Shown piece by piece: positions 1-12,138 of a DNA stretch of 64,000 bases (positions are counted from its first letter, which is position 1; every line of letters begins with the position of its first letter). A program made the translations under genes and the position numbers. Origin of the DNA: Amoebophrya sp. A120. Lineage: Eukaryota; Protista; Dinoflagellata. The DNA lies in the NCBI GenBank assembly GCA_905178155.1, contig CAJINV010000001.1, forward strand, positions 15,810,142 to 15,874,141, given 5' to 3'. Under the pieces are notes generated by a model. That model searched no databases, was not told where the DNA came from, and saw only the letters and a program-made list of their open reading frames with translations.

Positions 1-578
1 CGATGAATAGTCTGCTTCATACAATAGGTAAAATCTGATGTCTGTGTGTGATCTCAAGCTCGCTTGCGCATCGACATCGTCCGCCAGAGTAAAAATACTC
101 GTTCGAAAAGGAGGTTGCTCGGTATGGAAAACTGAATAAAACGACAAACCATAAAGGAAACGTACTACCTTTACGACCTGCGCTCCATCGGATTAACAAC
201 CTCACGCGACCTTTTGGAGACGAATATTGTTCTCGATAGAAACTGTGTATTGATAAGCCATAAAAAAACGGAATGAATTCTGATGTAGTTTTGCCATAAT
301 AATTTCACGTGAATCATGTTGCCGAACGATTCATTTATCGAATGGCAACGACCGGTCTGCTAAAAGAGATTGATAAACGAAACAGGTAGAAATTTTTACA
401 ACTTACATTTCAGCCCACCTCAGTGAGTCAGCTGATATGATAATGATTCTGTAAGGGGTTACTATTATAGTAAGCATAAGCTTATCAAACGACAGCTTTT
501 CACATAGCAATTTTAGGGGTTTTTGGTAGAGAGGTCTTCTGTCAAATGCGGGGGAGAATAAATGGTGGCGCACTGTGA

Positions 579-3500
579 TCAGGACTGCTCTTTTGTGCTG
601 GGCTCCTGTTCTGGGGGGACGTACTCTGTGTCAGCCACGTAGCCCAACGCGCCGAGAATATTGGACGAAAGCTGGGCTCGCGGGTCCGCCGGGTCTTGTA
701 TGCTCATTTCAACCGTCTTGATCTCGTCCATAAGCTTCGCCCGCTCCTCGCGCGTCTCCACCACAAATAGCATAATCTGTTGTGTTTTTTTTCGAAAAAC
801 GCATTGAAACTGATCTTGTTCTTCATCTTGATTCGTAACAATGCACTCTAGTTGTACTGAACGGATAAAAAAACACTATCACCATGACAACGAAGAGCAA
901 TCGCTTTACCTGTCTAAGCGCTCCCTGCACGACACCCACGAAGGAGAGCATGCCGTCGCTGTTGGTTTTCAGCTCCAGAAACTCTTTTTCTGCGTCGGTG
1001 AGTTCAAGGTCCTTTGATCGCTCCTTCTCCTCGGCGTCCATCATTTCGTATTGCAGCTCGTCGATGAATTTCTGTGCGTTCTCCTTGTCCAGCTTCAGTT
1101 TGTAGTCCGGATCGTACCTTTTCCAGTTGTCGATCGCGAGATTCACGACTTCGTCCTCGTTCTTCTGTGTGGAATCTTCGAACCCTTCGAGAATGACCGC
1201 GACCACCAGGTTGAAGACGACAAAGGTGATCAACATGGTGTAGGTAACCCAGTAAATGTAGCTCATCGCGGGCGCGCCGCACTGGATGGGGTTGTCGATG
1301 AGGCATTTGCCGTTCAACAAATCGTATGCGTCCTCCGTGGGCACATCGAAGTCCCCCACGCACGGACTGCCGTCCCACCGTCCAAACTCGTCCGCCGTCC
1401 TGCCCAGGTCGTGCATCAACTCGTTCCAGGCCTCACCCGTCATCGCGCGAACGAGCGTCATAAAGGCGCGGTAGAAGGAGCGGAAGTTCCCGCGCTCGTC
1501 GTGGGTCGAGCCGAACTGGACTTTTCCAAACATCTGCACCCCCATCACTGCGTAAAGGAACATGAGCAGAAACAGAATGCACGCGACGTTGAAAAGTTTG
1601 GGGATGGACAGGAGAAAAGCGTTGAAAATCTTGTTCAAACCTGTAGTGTAATGATGGTTTGAATTTGTATTTGATGAAAACATTGAAACTACTAGGAGAT
1701 GAGAGTGATCCCATTTAGCAATGCCAAGAACGGCCTGATACAGTCAGAGGCGATGTTTCTCTACTTGCTTCTTCGTCCTGCTTCGTGAAGAATCCATAAA
1801 AAGTAAGTCAAGAAACACTACATAAGCAGTGTTCTAACACAGTACCTTTCGCGAACCGCAGCAACCGCAGTAATCTTGCAATCCTGAAGAGCCGGATACT
1901 GCTCATTAATGCTCCGACCTTGATCTGGAAGACGAACTCCAGAATGATGCCCAACAGCGTTGCAGACACGCAGCTGAAATCAAACACGTTCCAGCCGTCG
2001 GAAAAGTACCAGAGCCTGTAGGCGTAGATCTTCAAAATCGCCTCGACCAGGAACATGGTGGCGAAGATGTAATTTACCACATCCAACGCGATTTCGTAGG
2101 CGAGCCAGTCGAAGTCCCCGCCGGAGGGGTCGTCCGGGAAGATCTTCATGGCCATGATCACCGCATTCAACACGATGCAGATCATGATCATGCCCTCGAA
2201 GCGATCGTCGTTGACGAAGAAGAACATGTTTCTCCGGTCCTTGTCGTAGTACTCCAGGTTTTTCAAGGACAAAAACATCCTCCGGGTCGCCAAGTTCTTC
2301 TGACTGTTGATCCACTTCTGCTGTGCCGGGGTCACGAGCAGGCTGGTGCCCGGGTTCACCTGGGCCTTCTTCATTTCGGCAAAGTTGTCCACGATCACAC
2401 CCACACACAGGTTCAGAATCAGGAAACAACCGACCAACATGAAGAAGACGAAGAACAGACCTGTGGTAGAAGAGAATTGTTACGGTAGATGTAGAACTAG
2501 AAGTAGCAACTCCATATTATCTACTGTTGCCATGCGATCGCTAGAGCGACACCAAAATTTTGCATACCCCATGATCAAAATGAAAATGACTGAAAAAGAA
2601 ACAAAAAGTATCTAATACTCCATATTTCCACTGCGTCTCGCTCCGGTTCTCGGTGAATTCCCCGTGCATCTACTGCAGCGTACATGACGTCAACCCATCC
2701 TTCTGTTGTACTGATCTCGAGCAAGGTAATCATGGCGAAGCCAATGTTGTCGAAGCTCTGTGATATGCTGGGAATCCACTTGTATTCCGCACCCGCTTGC
2801 GTGGACCCTTCCTCGATACAGAGGGCTGCATCTTCCGTCATGGCCTCGCAGTTGTCCTCGCAGGAGCAGGCTGCAGCGCACTCCGCGCGGCACGTTACGC
2901 ACTCGGGGCTGCTGGAGTCGTAGGGATCGGTGCAACTGTCTGCGCAGCTCCCAATCAGCTTCACATCCTCACAAAAATCGATGCACTGCTGCGAAATACT
3001 TGTGTCCGGGCAGTATCTGAAAGTTCGTTTCAAATTCATCAATTTTTTGGAAATGCGTAAGTGTAGGATAAAATGACAATCTTCAAACAACCTGATTGCG
3101 ATCACAAACCACGTTTTTCACCCAAGACCTCCTCGCTAGTTTTATTCCGACAAGAAGTTTATTGCTCTTGGGACGGGATGCGAAGATTTACTTCTCAGGT
3201 TTAATATTTCTACTGCGCGTGGTTGAATAAAGCAGAAGAATCTTTTACCTGTCTTTGCACTTGGTGCACTGCATGAGATTGTACTCCAGTGCTGACCTCC
3301 AGGAGTTTGGCATGGGGTGCGTCGCGTCAAACTCCGGCTTCACAATCGGCGCCGCGGCGGTAGAGCCGACCCCCGGAATGTTACACCTGTTGGGCAAGTC
3401 GCTGGTTGTCACGCCGTTCTCCTCCTTCGTCGGCTTGACCAGTGCTGGGTAGTTTCCGCAGACGCCATCTCCCGTCTCATCCAAAGGGCATTTCGCGATG

Positions 3501-6500
3501 CAGATGGGGTGGTCCGGTCGCATGCGCTTGTAGGCGGGACTTCCCGTTGGGCAGGTTCCGCCGAGCTGGCCAGCTGAGCCAGCTTTTATGAGTCGAACGC
3601 CCTGGGAGCATTGCTCTGCCGTGCTGCAATCGTATTCGCACATCTGGGCCGTTGGCACGTGACCTCCGGCCTCGTAGACGTCTCTACGCGCGTCGAGGAC
3701 GTTGAAGCTGTAGTAGCGATGATTTGGCGAAGTTTGATTATCTGCTCTTGATGTCGCATTGGTGTTGCGTTGGGCTTAAGGTTTGTCAAAACATCACATC
3801 CACTTTCAGTCTCATTTTTATCAAAGAAATCATGAAAATGTGTCAGAGCAAGTGAATAAACTTAAAGTTCTATACTCGCCACTCGCCAGGGACGTTCCGG
3901 TGCACATGGAGAAGGCGCCCTTCAAGTAGTTCAACGCCACGAGACCGACGATCAGGAAGAACAGCATCATGAGCACCATCAAGGTTCGGAGCTGTGGCAA
4001 GGAGGCGAAGATCGTGTTCACCACGAGCTTCAAATTCGGGTTTCGCGCGATCACGCGTAGGGGACGGAGGGCGCGGAGAATACGTAGGGTTTTCAGAAAC
4101 GAGATGTCCCCGCCGGCGCCGCTCCCCGCCCCGGTCTCGGCGATGATCCAGAAGATCAAATCGATTACGGACACCCACACCACTGCACCATCGAGGATGT
4201 TCCAGCCGTTGCTCCAATAATTTCGCACGCCCATGGCCACGTGCTTCATGGTCATTTCCGCGAAGAAGATCACGGTAAAGTAGACATTGAGGTAGGTGAG
4301 TCCGAGCTGCATGGGGTGGTCAGGGTAGAGCACTGGGTCGTCGAAAGCCATGCAGAGGGAGGACACAATGATCATGACGAGAATGAAGTTTTCGAACCAG
4401 TTGTGCTGGCAAATCAAGATGCAGTTCCTAACAAACGCGCCGGTGTTCGGGGTAATGTCCTTGTAGACACCCTTACCACGGTCGACTTGTCGTCTGCCTT
4501 TACCTCGTCTCTTGATTGGACGGCCCTGTGTGGTGGATTTAGCTTTAGATAGACTTTGATTCTAATTTTGAAACAAATGGAATCAAACTGCAAACGTATC
4601 TCCGCCTCGTCTCAACGTCTGGCACTAAGTATGCAAAATCGCCCCCCGCACGAGGCGTAGCTGGACAGCAGCATCCGCAGAGAGACATCAGACATTATCA
4701 GACTAAGATCGCACAAGATACCTGTGAGTCGACGCCACTGGTAACGCCCGAGAAGGGTGATAGCCCCTCGGGCTGGGCAGCGTTTTCGGCACCAGCGTCG
4801 GGAGTTGCTGTGTCGGCCGGCTTCTCGTTGTCCGTAGGAGAACCTCCTTTGTTCATGTAGACCGTGTCCACTTTCGTAATGCCCCGCTTTTTCTCGCCTC
4901 GCTCGATGTACGCCCCGACGAAGCCGCCGATCTTTTCATTGCTCTTGCTATTCGTCTCCATTTCGTCGCCCTCGACGATGCTGCCGCCACCCGGGGATTG
5001 TGGTCGGTCGTCGTTTACGTCGCCGTTTTCGCCTTCGCCGTTTTCCCCCTCTTCCTCGTCCTCCAGGTAGGCGTCGCCAAGCAGTTCCCGCTCCCGTCGG
5101 GCGTCCTCAGCTTCCCTGATCGCGTCAGACGCGTCTTGAAAATTCGCCATCAAGATCGCCAAAAACAGGTTGAAAATGATGCACATACCCAGAACCACCA
5201 TCGCGAAGAAAAAGAGGAAGTAGGCAAACCTGAGAGGTTGAGTCAGTTTTAATGATTCGAGATTCTTTTATCCACAGCGCTAGCGATTGTGTCCATGCAA
5301 TTGCATCATGACAGCAAGCAAAAACAACGCGACCCCATGAAGACATCGGCATCTACCACAAGCACAACCTCAAGTATCAAACAAAACGAAAAATGGTACC
5401 CGGCTCCGCGCATGCCGTCGTACATCACTGCGTTCCAGTTCTCACCGGTGAGGCATTGGAAAACGGTTACGATGGACCACAGGAAGTAGTCGAAGTGCGC
5501 TCTTCTGACACAACTGAAATCTGCGTCGCCCTTACCACCGGGGCAGGGCTTGTCCTCGGCGACCGGTTCGTCGGTGTCTGGGTCGAACTTGAACTTGTTC
5601 GCGAAAATCAAGCTGCCCATCAGGGCGAAGACGAACATCATCAGGACCAGCAGGATCGTGAAGTTGCCCATCGACATCACTGTGTGAATCACCGCTTGCA
5701 GCAACAAGCGGAAAGACGACCACTTCTTCGCCAACTTGATGATACGCAGCAATCGCAACGACTTCAGCGCACCGCCACCCTGGGCGCCGCCGGAAAGCTT
5801 CTCCGCGAGCTCGATCAGAGAGACCACGACGATGACACCATCGAGGAGGTGCCACCTCTCCTTCAGGTAGTTCCAGGGACCGATCGCGAGCAGGACGATG
5901 CACATCTCAATCCCGAAGATAATAGAGAAGACCGTGTCCATTATGTCCAGCACGCCGTCTGATGTGAGTTGAGTTGTAGTGTTTCATCAAGCGATTTCTT
6001 TGCTGAACAATCTGGAACAAGTACATGAGTCTGTATTTGGAACAGTACTCACTATGTATGTCCTCATTGTAATTGTAAATGGTTGACGCGTCCCCATGAA
6101 GATAATGTGAAAGAATAAGAAAAGTAATCTTGATGAAGCAGAAGCAAAAAAATCTGTACTCAGTGGTGGTTTTATCGGCGGATAGCTGTCCATCATCATG
6201 ATGATGATGTTCAGGATGATACAGGCCATGATAAAGTTCTGGAACTGCCAAGTCGACGCCAGATCGAAGAAGAACTGCGACTTCTTTTCGTCCTCGTAAA
6301 TCAGCAGCGCGCTGCTCCTTATTCGTCTCTTCTGCCGCGCCGGTCTTTCCCCCGTATTCGGGTCGACGGCCTGGTCTTCGGGGGCAACCTTCCCATCCGC
6401 AGCAGTGGCGGCGGCGGCAGAGTCTTCGCCACCCTGGTCATCCTCGTCGTTACCGAGCGCCGCTTCCATCTGCTCATCCAGATCGTCGTCTAGCTGGGCT

Positions 6501-9225
6501 TCGCTACTGAGTTCCTGGAACGCGTCCCACACGACGGCAAGAGCGACGTTGAGCAGGAAAAAGGAACCGGTGATCTGGGGTTGTGTTTTGTTTAACGGGT
6601 TGGTTCTTGTCTGAATATCAAACTTTCGAACTATGTATCGTGCTTGGGACCAATCTTCTGAATAGAAATTCAACAAACGATGAAAACACCGAACTGAACT
6701 AGTACATCAGAAAGACTCTTGCAGCTAACGATTCAACATGAATTCGTGTACAACAGCTTACCACAAGGAACAGGAAGTAGATGAAGGCGAAGTCGTTGCT
6801 GTGTGCGTCCTGGCCCATGTACATGATGTCTGTCCACCCTTCCAGCGTGATGCACTGGAATATGACGATCACGGAGTTCAGAAAGTTGTTGAAGTTCGTG
6901 ATGCCGTAGCCGAAATTGCCGTCGTTGGACTTTTTGTAGTCGTCCGACTCGAGAAGGGAGTTCTGGCACCACTTCCCGAATTTTGCGGCGTCGTACTTGT
7001 CCTTAAAGGTCTTTTGGATGCCCTGTTTTGTGATGACCGAGCCAGGGTATGATGGCTGAAAATCCTCCTCCAAGTCGAATACGGAGCTCGACCCGCAAAC
7101 CTTCTCGCCGAAGTAGCTGTAGTACACCGTGTCTTCGCACATGTACCGGCCCCCGCAGGGTCGGCCCAGCGGGCCGTCGTCGTTCGTGGCTAATGGCCAC
7201 TTCCAACGCCCCGGCTCATTGGTAGGGTCGTCGAAGGGGCAACCGGCTTCGGGCTGCGTTATCCAGACTACGTCCGCGGCGGTACGGCAGCGCCGTTCAA
7301 ACACGCCCATCCACAGATTGAGTCCGAGGATACCTGGATTGTTGTAAATGGGGAGATCGTGATGTGTTCCATGACTACAACATCAGGCAATAGTTTTCGT
7401 TTTGCTCTTTTCATAATTTTTATGTTTTCTGTTGTGCACAGTATCGGATAAAGAAAAAGTTAAAGTGACATAAAGAAAAACCGTAAGTACCAAATATGAC
7501 GAGCAGGAAGAGCGTCATGGAGAGCACGGATCCGAGCCTGGGAATCGACTGCAGCACTGTGTTCACTAGCACTTTGAGTTCTGGCAACGTGGTCAGCGAT
7601 CGCAGCGGACGCATCACGCGAAACACGCGGAGCATCTTGATGGTTGAACCCGCGTTCGACTCTCCATCATCGCCTCCCGTGGTTTCGAGCACGAAGGTGA
7701 TGATACCTGAAAGTTTAGTTTTCAGTGAGCGTGACTGAGGGTCCTGACGCTGACAGATAGTGACGATACAAATCATCCACAGATAGCACGGCTAACTCTT
7801 TTTTGGATTGCGAGGTCCAAAATATTGACACGATCTTCGGGACCTCCGGAACGAACCGGACGATCGACGCGCCACTGCTAAAAACAGGCTGTCTGCACCA
7901 CTGAAGAAGATAGACGACAACAACTACAAATGATCGTGCAATAACGCACTATACCTGTCAAAACGACAATGAAATCGAGCCAGTTCCAACTGTCCCTGAG
8001 GTAGGTCTTCTTCCCCTGAATAAGCCCGTAAGAGATGATTTTCAGCCCGCATTCCAGAATGAAGATGCACAAGAAGACCGGATCGGCGATGTCAATCAAC
8101 TTGTTCAAACTGTCCTCGTCCCGCCCGCAGCCGTAGGTCGTTGGGTCCTTGACGCATTCCTTATGACTCATCGGCTTGTTGTGCACTTCTCGGTGTCTGT
8201 AGGCGGCCATTGCCGCGGAGTTGAGGAGAATTAAGGCGAGAATGACTTTGTCAAAAATCGGCGTCTCCACGGTGTACAGACACCTTTGGCGAAAGCTCCC
8301 CTGGAGGTGAAACACGTTCAAACTCCACTCGATGAGGTCGTCTCCGTACTTCTTTTTCCGCGTGAAGTTCATGGCTATCGACTTCCTGCTCGATTCCGCG
8401 AAACTCCGCATCTGGTCGCTCGCCGCAGAGGACACGCTCTTTCTTCTGGGAGGTATACTCGGGGAGTCGCCGCCTACCCCGTCCGGGGAAAGAGGCGGCG
8501 GCTTTGGACTTTCGTCCGCATTCTCGATGGACGGGGAGGGAAGGGTGAGCTCCACCTCCTCCGCATACGAATTTATCGGGTTGCCGAGGGCGTCATCCTG
8601 TACCTGTGGGAGTTTTTTGACGACGGAGGTTCAACAAGACACGATTTCCTGCGACGTTTTATCGTACTAATAAACCATTCAGTCACATATCTATCTGGTG
8701 GAACTTGCTAGTCTAGTGCTACTACTAGCTACACGCGAGGACAGAAAAAATATGCATCCAAACAGCTGGACGCGTACGCAGAAAGTAGATTAAGATTTAC
8801 GTAAAAATAGGTTCAATTACCTCTTCCTCCTCTTCCGCCGCAGTGTGCACGCCTTCGCGAAGCAGCTGCATCCTTATTCTGTTTCTTGATCTCTTTTTCC
8901 GCCCTGCTGCAAACTCCTCCTCGTCTCCTGAGGAAGACACTTCGCGATCCACTTCTTGTGTGCCAGCGCCTCGCTCACTTCTAGTAAGCGCAGCAGCGGC
9001 ATCTTCGCCGTCAACTACAAGCTGTCCTCGTGCTCTCCAGTTACTGGAAGACGAGGATGCGGACGGACTCGTGCCCGTTCTTAACACCGCCGGAGCAAAT
9101 GGATGCTCCTGCTGCAGCTCCGATGATCTACTAGAAGACGACGAGCCGGCGCTGTCATCTTGATGCCCCTCCTCTGTTGCCGGGCGGCCGTTGCGTGAAC
9201 TACTTGACGACGGAAGATCGGTCAT
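579..9225 (-). CDS. Four-domain voltage-gated calcium channel alpha-1 subunit (Cav/Nav superfamily), 13 exons
   Basis: Four S1-S6 repeats with Arg/Lys-rich S4 segments (MLRVFRVMRPLRSL, LKSLRLLRIIKL, LKTLRILRALRPLRVI, IRLFRIARLLRLLR) and pore loops TLEGW, TGENW, TTEGW, TGEAW. The ORF pieces join in frame through GT-AG introns at ~8604-8820, 7707-7954, 7334-7490, 6575-6761, 5959-6159, 5230-5399, 4526-4721, 3708-3875, 3017-3248, 2461-2618, 1641-1845 and 777-909. The start ATG (9225) is tentative. Confidence 0.93.
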
Positions 9226-10038
9226 CGGAATTGACTCATGGTGTTTTCCAGCTCTGAAGGTTGATGGTGGCGTTGCATTGCGGAACAAGAACTGGGCAGT
9301 AATTTATTCCAGCCGGGGAAAGTGGCGGAAGTTATTTGCGAGGCCGTGAGGCTGGTGCCGTCGATCTTGTTGGGATGATATTGAAGCAGTGGTCCGATAG
9401 TAATGTTAATTGCTAGGCTGCGGTTGGTATTTCAAAAAATCTCCGCCGTCAGGTCGTGGGGGTCGCAGACTGTCTGATGTAGTTCTTCGTGCCGGGACGA
9501 GCGGAAACGGGGGTTCTTGTCCGCGACTACTTGTGTATCAAATCGTCGTAGCAAAAAAAAGTTCGTAAAAAAACACTACTCAGAATCCACTTCACCAACA
9601 TCTTGCCCGCCTATGAGTATTTGTTGTTGTTCCAGGACCAGATTGATGGTGTTCAGTTGCACTTGCACCTACTGTGCCAAAGAAAGTTGAGTGTGTACTG
9701 TAGAGGGGAAGGAGGAATAGAGTTGGGTAATTTGTCCTGGATGCAAGGAGATTGAAATGAAGTCACAGCGAGCGTAGAAGCAGTGCCCGGAACGAATAGC
9801 TTCGAATGCTTCTACGAACGAGCAACGATAGTGCGGGTACTCGACATCAAGACTCGTGGTCTCTCGATGACTTTTTCTTTTGGCTCGGGACGAACGAGGA
9901 ATCCGAGTCACAATGTGAACGCATAGCCTTTTTTTTCTCTCACGAGCTGTTCCACGTTTCGAATTCGAATCCAAATTGCACGAATGGCCACCGACCCAAT
10001 TACGACCGAAATATTGTTCTATTTCATCGAGGACAGAG

Positions 10039-11077
10039 AGTTGTAACGTGTTTATTTCATCGAGGACGATTTTGTATTGTATTTGATCCGCTCTTGTTTC
10101 AAACAGATGCGGCGCCCGCTCTTTAGCCCTGCTATACTTGCAGCAACCCGCCGGACAGCGAGGCTGTGGAGGCCCGGCGAAGCGTAACCCTCCTACGCAG
10201 TCGCCACATCAAGTGGCGAGAGCTGGAGGAGAACAGCGCGCTGGAGGTTTGTGGCCTTGGCAGACCGGCTCTTGCGCTCGTTCCGTATAGTAGCACCAAT
10301 CAGAGGGCGCACACCAGGTGGGCAACACAGATTGATTATACTACGGCGAAAGGATCCCGATTCGCGCTACCTGGGCGCGTCCTTTAATTGTCGTCTGACT
10401 CTAGGCCGGGCACTATCTGCGCGGGAAGGGCGCGGCCCTTCTCCGCCATGGGCGGCGCGCGGGTGCAGACAGTTTGCCCGCCAACGGCGCAACCGCAAGG
10501 GGCGCAGAGCCCTGCTGTGCGCCCTTCGTCAAGAAGAGCGGCGCCGGCCCCGCCAGGGGGCTGGGGGTGCCCGCCAATGCTTTCCCGAATAGCGCAGGCC
10601 CCACCGCTTCCTTCCATCCCCGGGAAGTGCCGCAAGCTGCTGCGCGCGCCGAGAGGGGCACACCATGCCGGGCCTCTTTGCACACGACGCGGCAACACAC
10701 CCGAGGGCCTTCCTCGGAGTGGTCGGGCAGGGTGTGGCGCTAGGCTGTTCAGGTTAAGCCGGCCGAAGCCCCACCACCATCTCACCCAAAAGAGACGGCG
10801 AGGCGCCTCGCCTGCTCACCAGGAGCCTGCAAGGCTCGCCCGCTTCCAGAGCGGGGCTCTTCTTCAAGAAGAGAACACCCACCAGGGGTAGGGGGATCGC
10901 GCGCAGGATTGCGGGCGCCGCCCTTCTTCACTCGCCAGGAGCAGCGGCGCATTGCCGCTTAGTTTGCGCGATTCGATGCGTCTACTTCTAGTAGCGCATC
11001 TGGGCACAAGGCCCCTGTCACGACTTCCCTTCCCACCAGGGGCGGGCAGTTGTAACGTGTTTATTTCATCGAGGACG
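10039..11077. repeat. 30-bp perfect direct repeat bounding a ~1-kb GC-rich insert (possible mobile element)
   Basis: AGTTGTAACGTGTTTATTTCATCGAGGACG occurs at 10039-10068 and 11048-11077, with a partial third copy TATTTCATCGAGGAC at 10020-10034. The interior is much more GC-rich than its flanks. Confidence 0.75.
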
Positions 11078-12138
11078 GTTAACGAACTGCTTTTGCACCA
11101 GGCGTATGTAGTACGAATAGTAGCTATTAAGGTGGAAAAACCGATGGTGATAGACCGACTCAAGTGATGCACACGTTGAGGTTGCACGGAGTAGATAAGC
11201 TTCTCATCTATTGGGTCTTGTATTAGCAGCTCTCCCACCAGATGCTGTAAGCGCTGCGAAACGAAAAATACTGGTACGAATACATCGTCCCCTTTATCAT
11301 CATCAACATTCTCATCAAGAACTCTAAAAACCTCCACAAAGAGCGAAACATCGTATTCATTTTTGTCCTTATCTTCTTGAAGCACATTATACTAGGTTCT
11401 TGCACTGAAAGATGAAAGGTAAAATCAGATAAAAAAGAACTACTCTACGGCACGGTAAAGTAATCGACTACATTTGGAGTTGAAATTCATTAGCGATTCC
11501 AAAGCTCTGGAAATTCATCTGTGAGGCAGTTGAAACACATAAAACAAAAAGCAAAGTTTTAGTAATACTCTCGCGTATCAACTGAAACGGTAACTGACCA
11601 AACCAACAGCTCAACGCTCGACATACCTCCGGTATGCGAGTTGTATCCATCATTTCCCCGATACAAAATGATACAGTATAGATACACAACAAAAGAAGCT
11701 CGTTGTCGAGATCTCCTTGTAGAAAGGTAAAACTCAAACTGGTTGCTGTCAGCAGTTGCTAGCAGCTATAAAAGTTCATTCGAAACGGAAACGAGAGTTC
11801 CGGTTCGCGTTGTTCTGTCAAAGGACAACAAAGAATTGCATTTTCTGAAACACTTGTAACACTATCGTATGAAAGAAAGAGCTGAAACAAGACTGAGTGG
11901 ACAAAAGCACAAAAAGTAAAAAAGTTCAAGTTCATTACTACCGCTTAGACTACTAGTAAAAGCGGTGGCAGTATTGCAAACAGCTCCTACTGAAGCCAAT
12001 CTTCATGTCTGTCGAGAATAAAGCATATTAGGCGCAGTTCAAGTTGTAAAAAGATTTTATTCTCGATCTTGATATCTGTCATTAGATCTTGTGAAACACC
12101 TTATTTCTTTAATCAAACAAAACTTCAATTCAGGCTTA

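Noticed and set aside
4630-4650. ATGCAAAATCGCCCCCCGC resembling the family A TIR inside a channel intron
   Set aside because: Loose match only, with no partner inverted repeat or flanking duplication, and the intron is GT-AG.
7700-7960. Short direct repeats such as CAGGTAT at both junctions of canonical introns
   Set aside because: Explained by the normal AG|GT splice consensus; these introns have no TIRs or TAT...ATA ends.
10166-10891. Overlapping Arg/Pro/Gly/Ala-rich ORFs in the GC-rich insert (likewise 24270-26261 and 51699-52319)
   Set aside because: Expected from the scarcity of stop codons at high GC; no transposase or RT motifs, and frames are not conserved between duplicated units.
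10020-11077. 30-bp repeats as a CRISPR array or LTR pair
   Set aside because: Only two full copies 1 kb apart, no regular spacers or cas genes, too short for LTRs, and no gag/pol, PBS or PPT.
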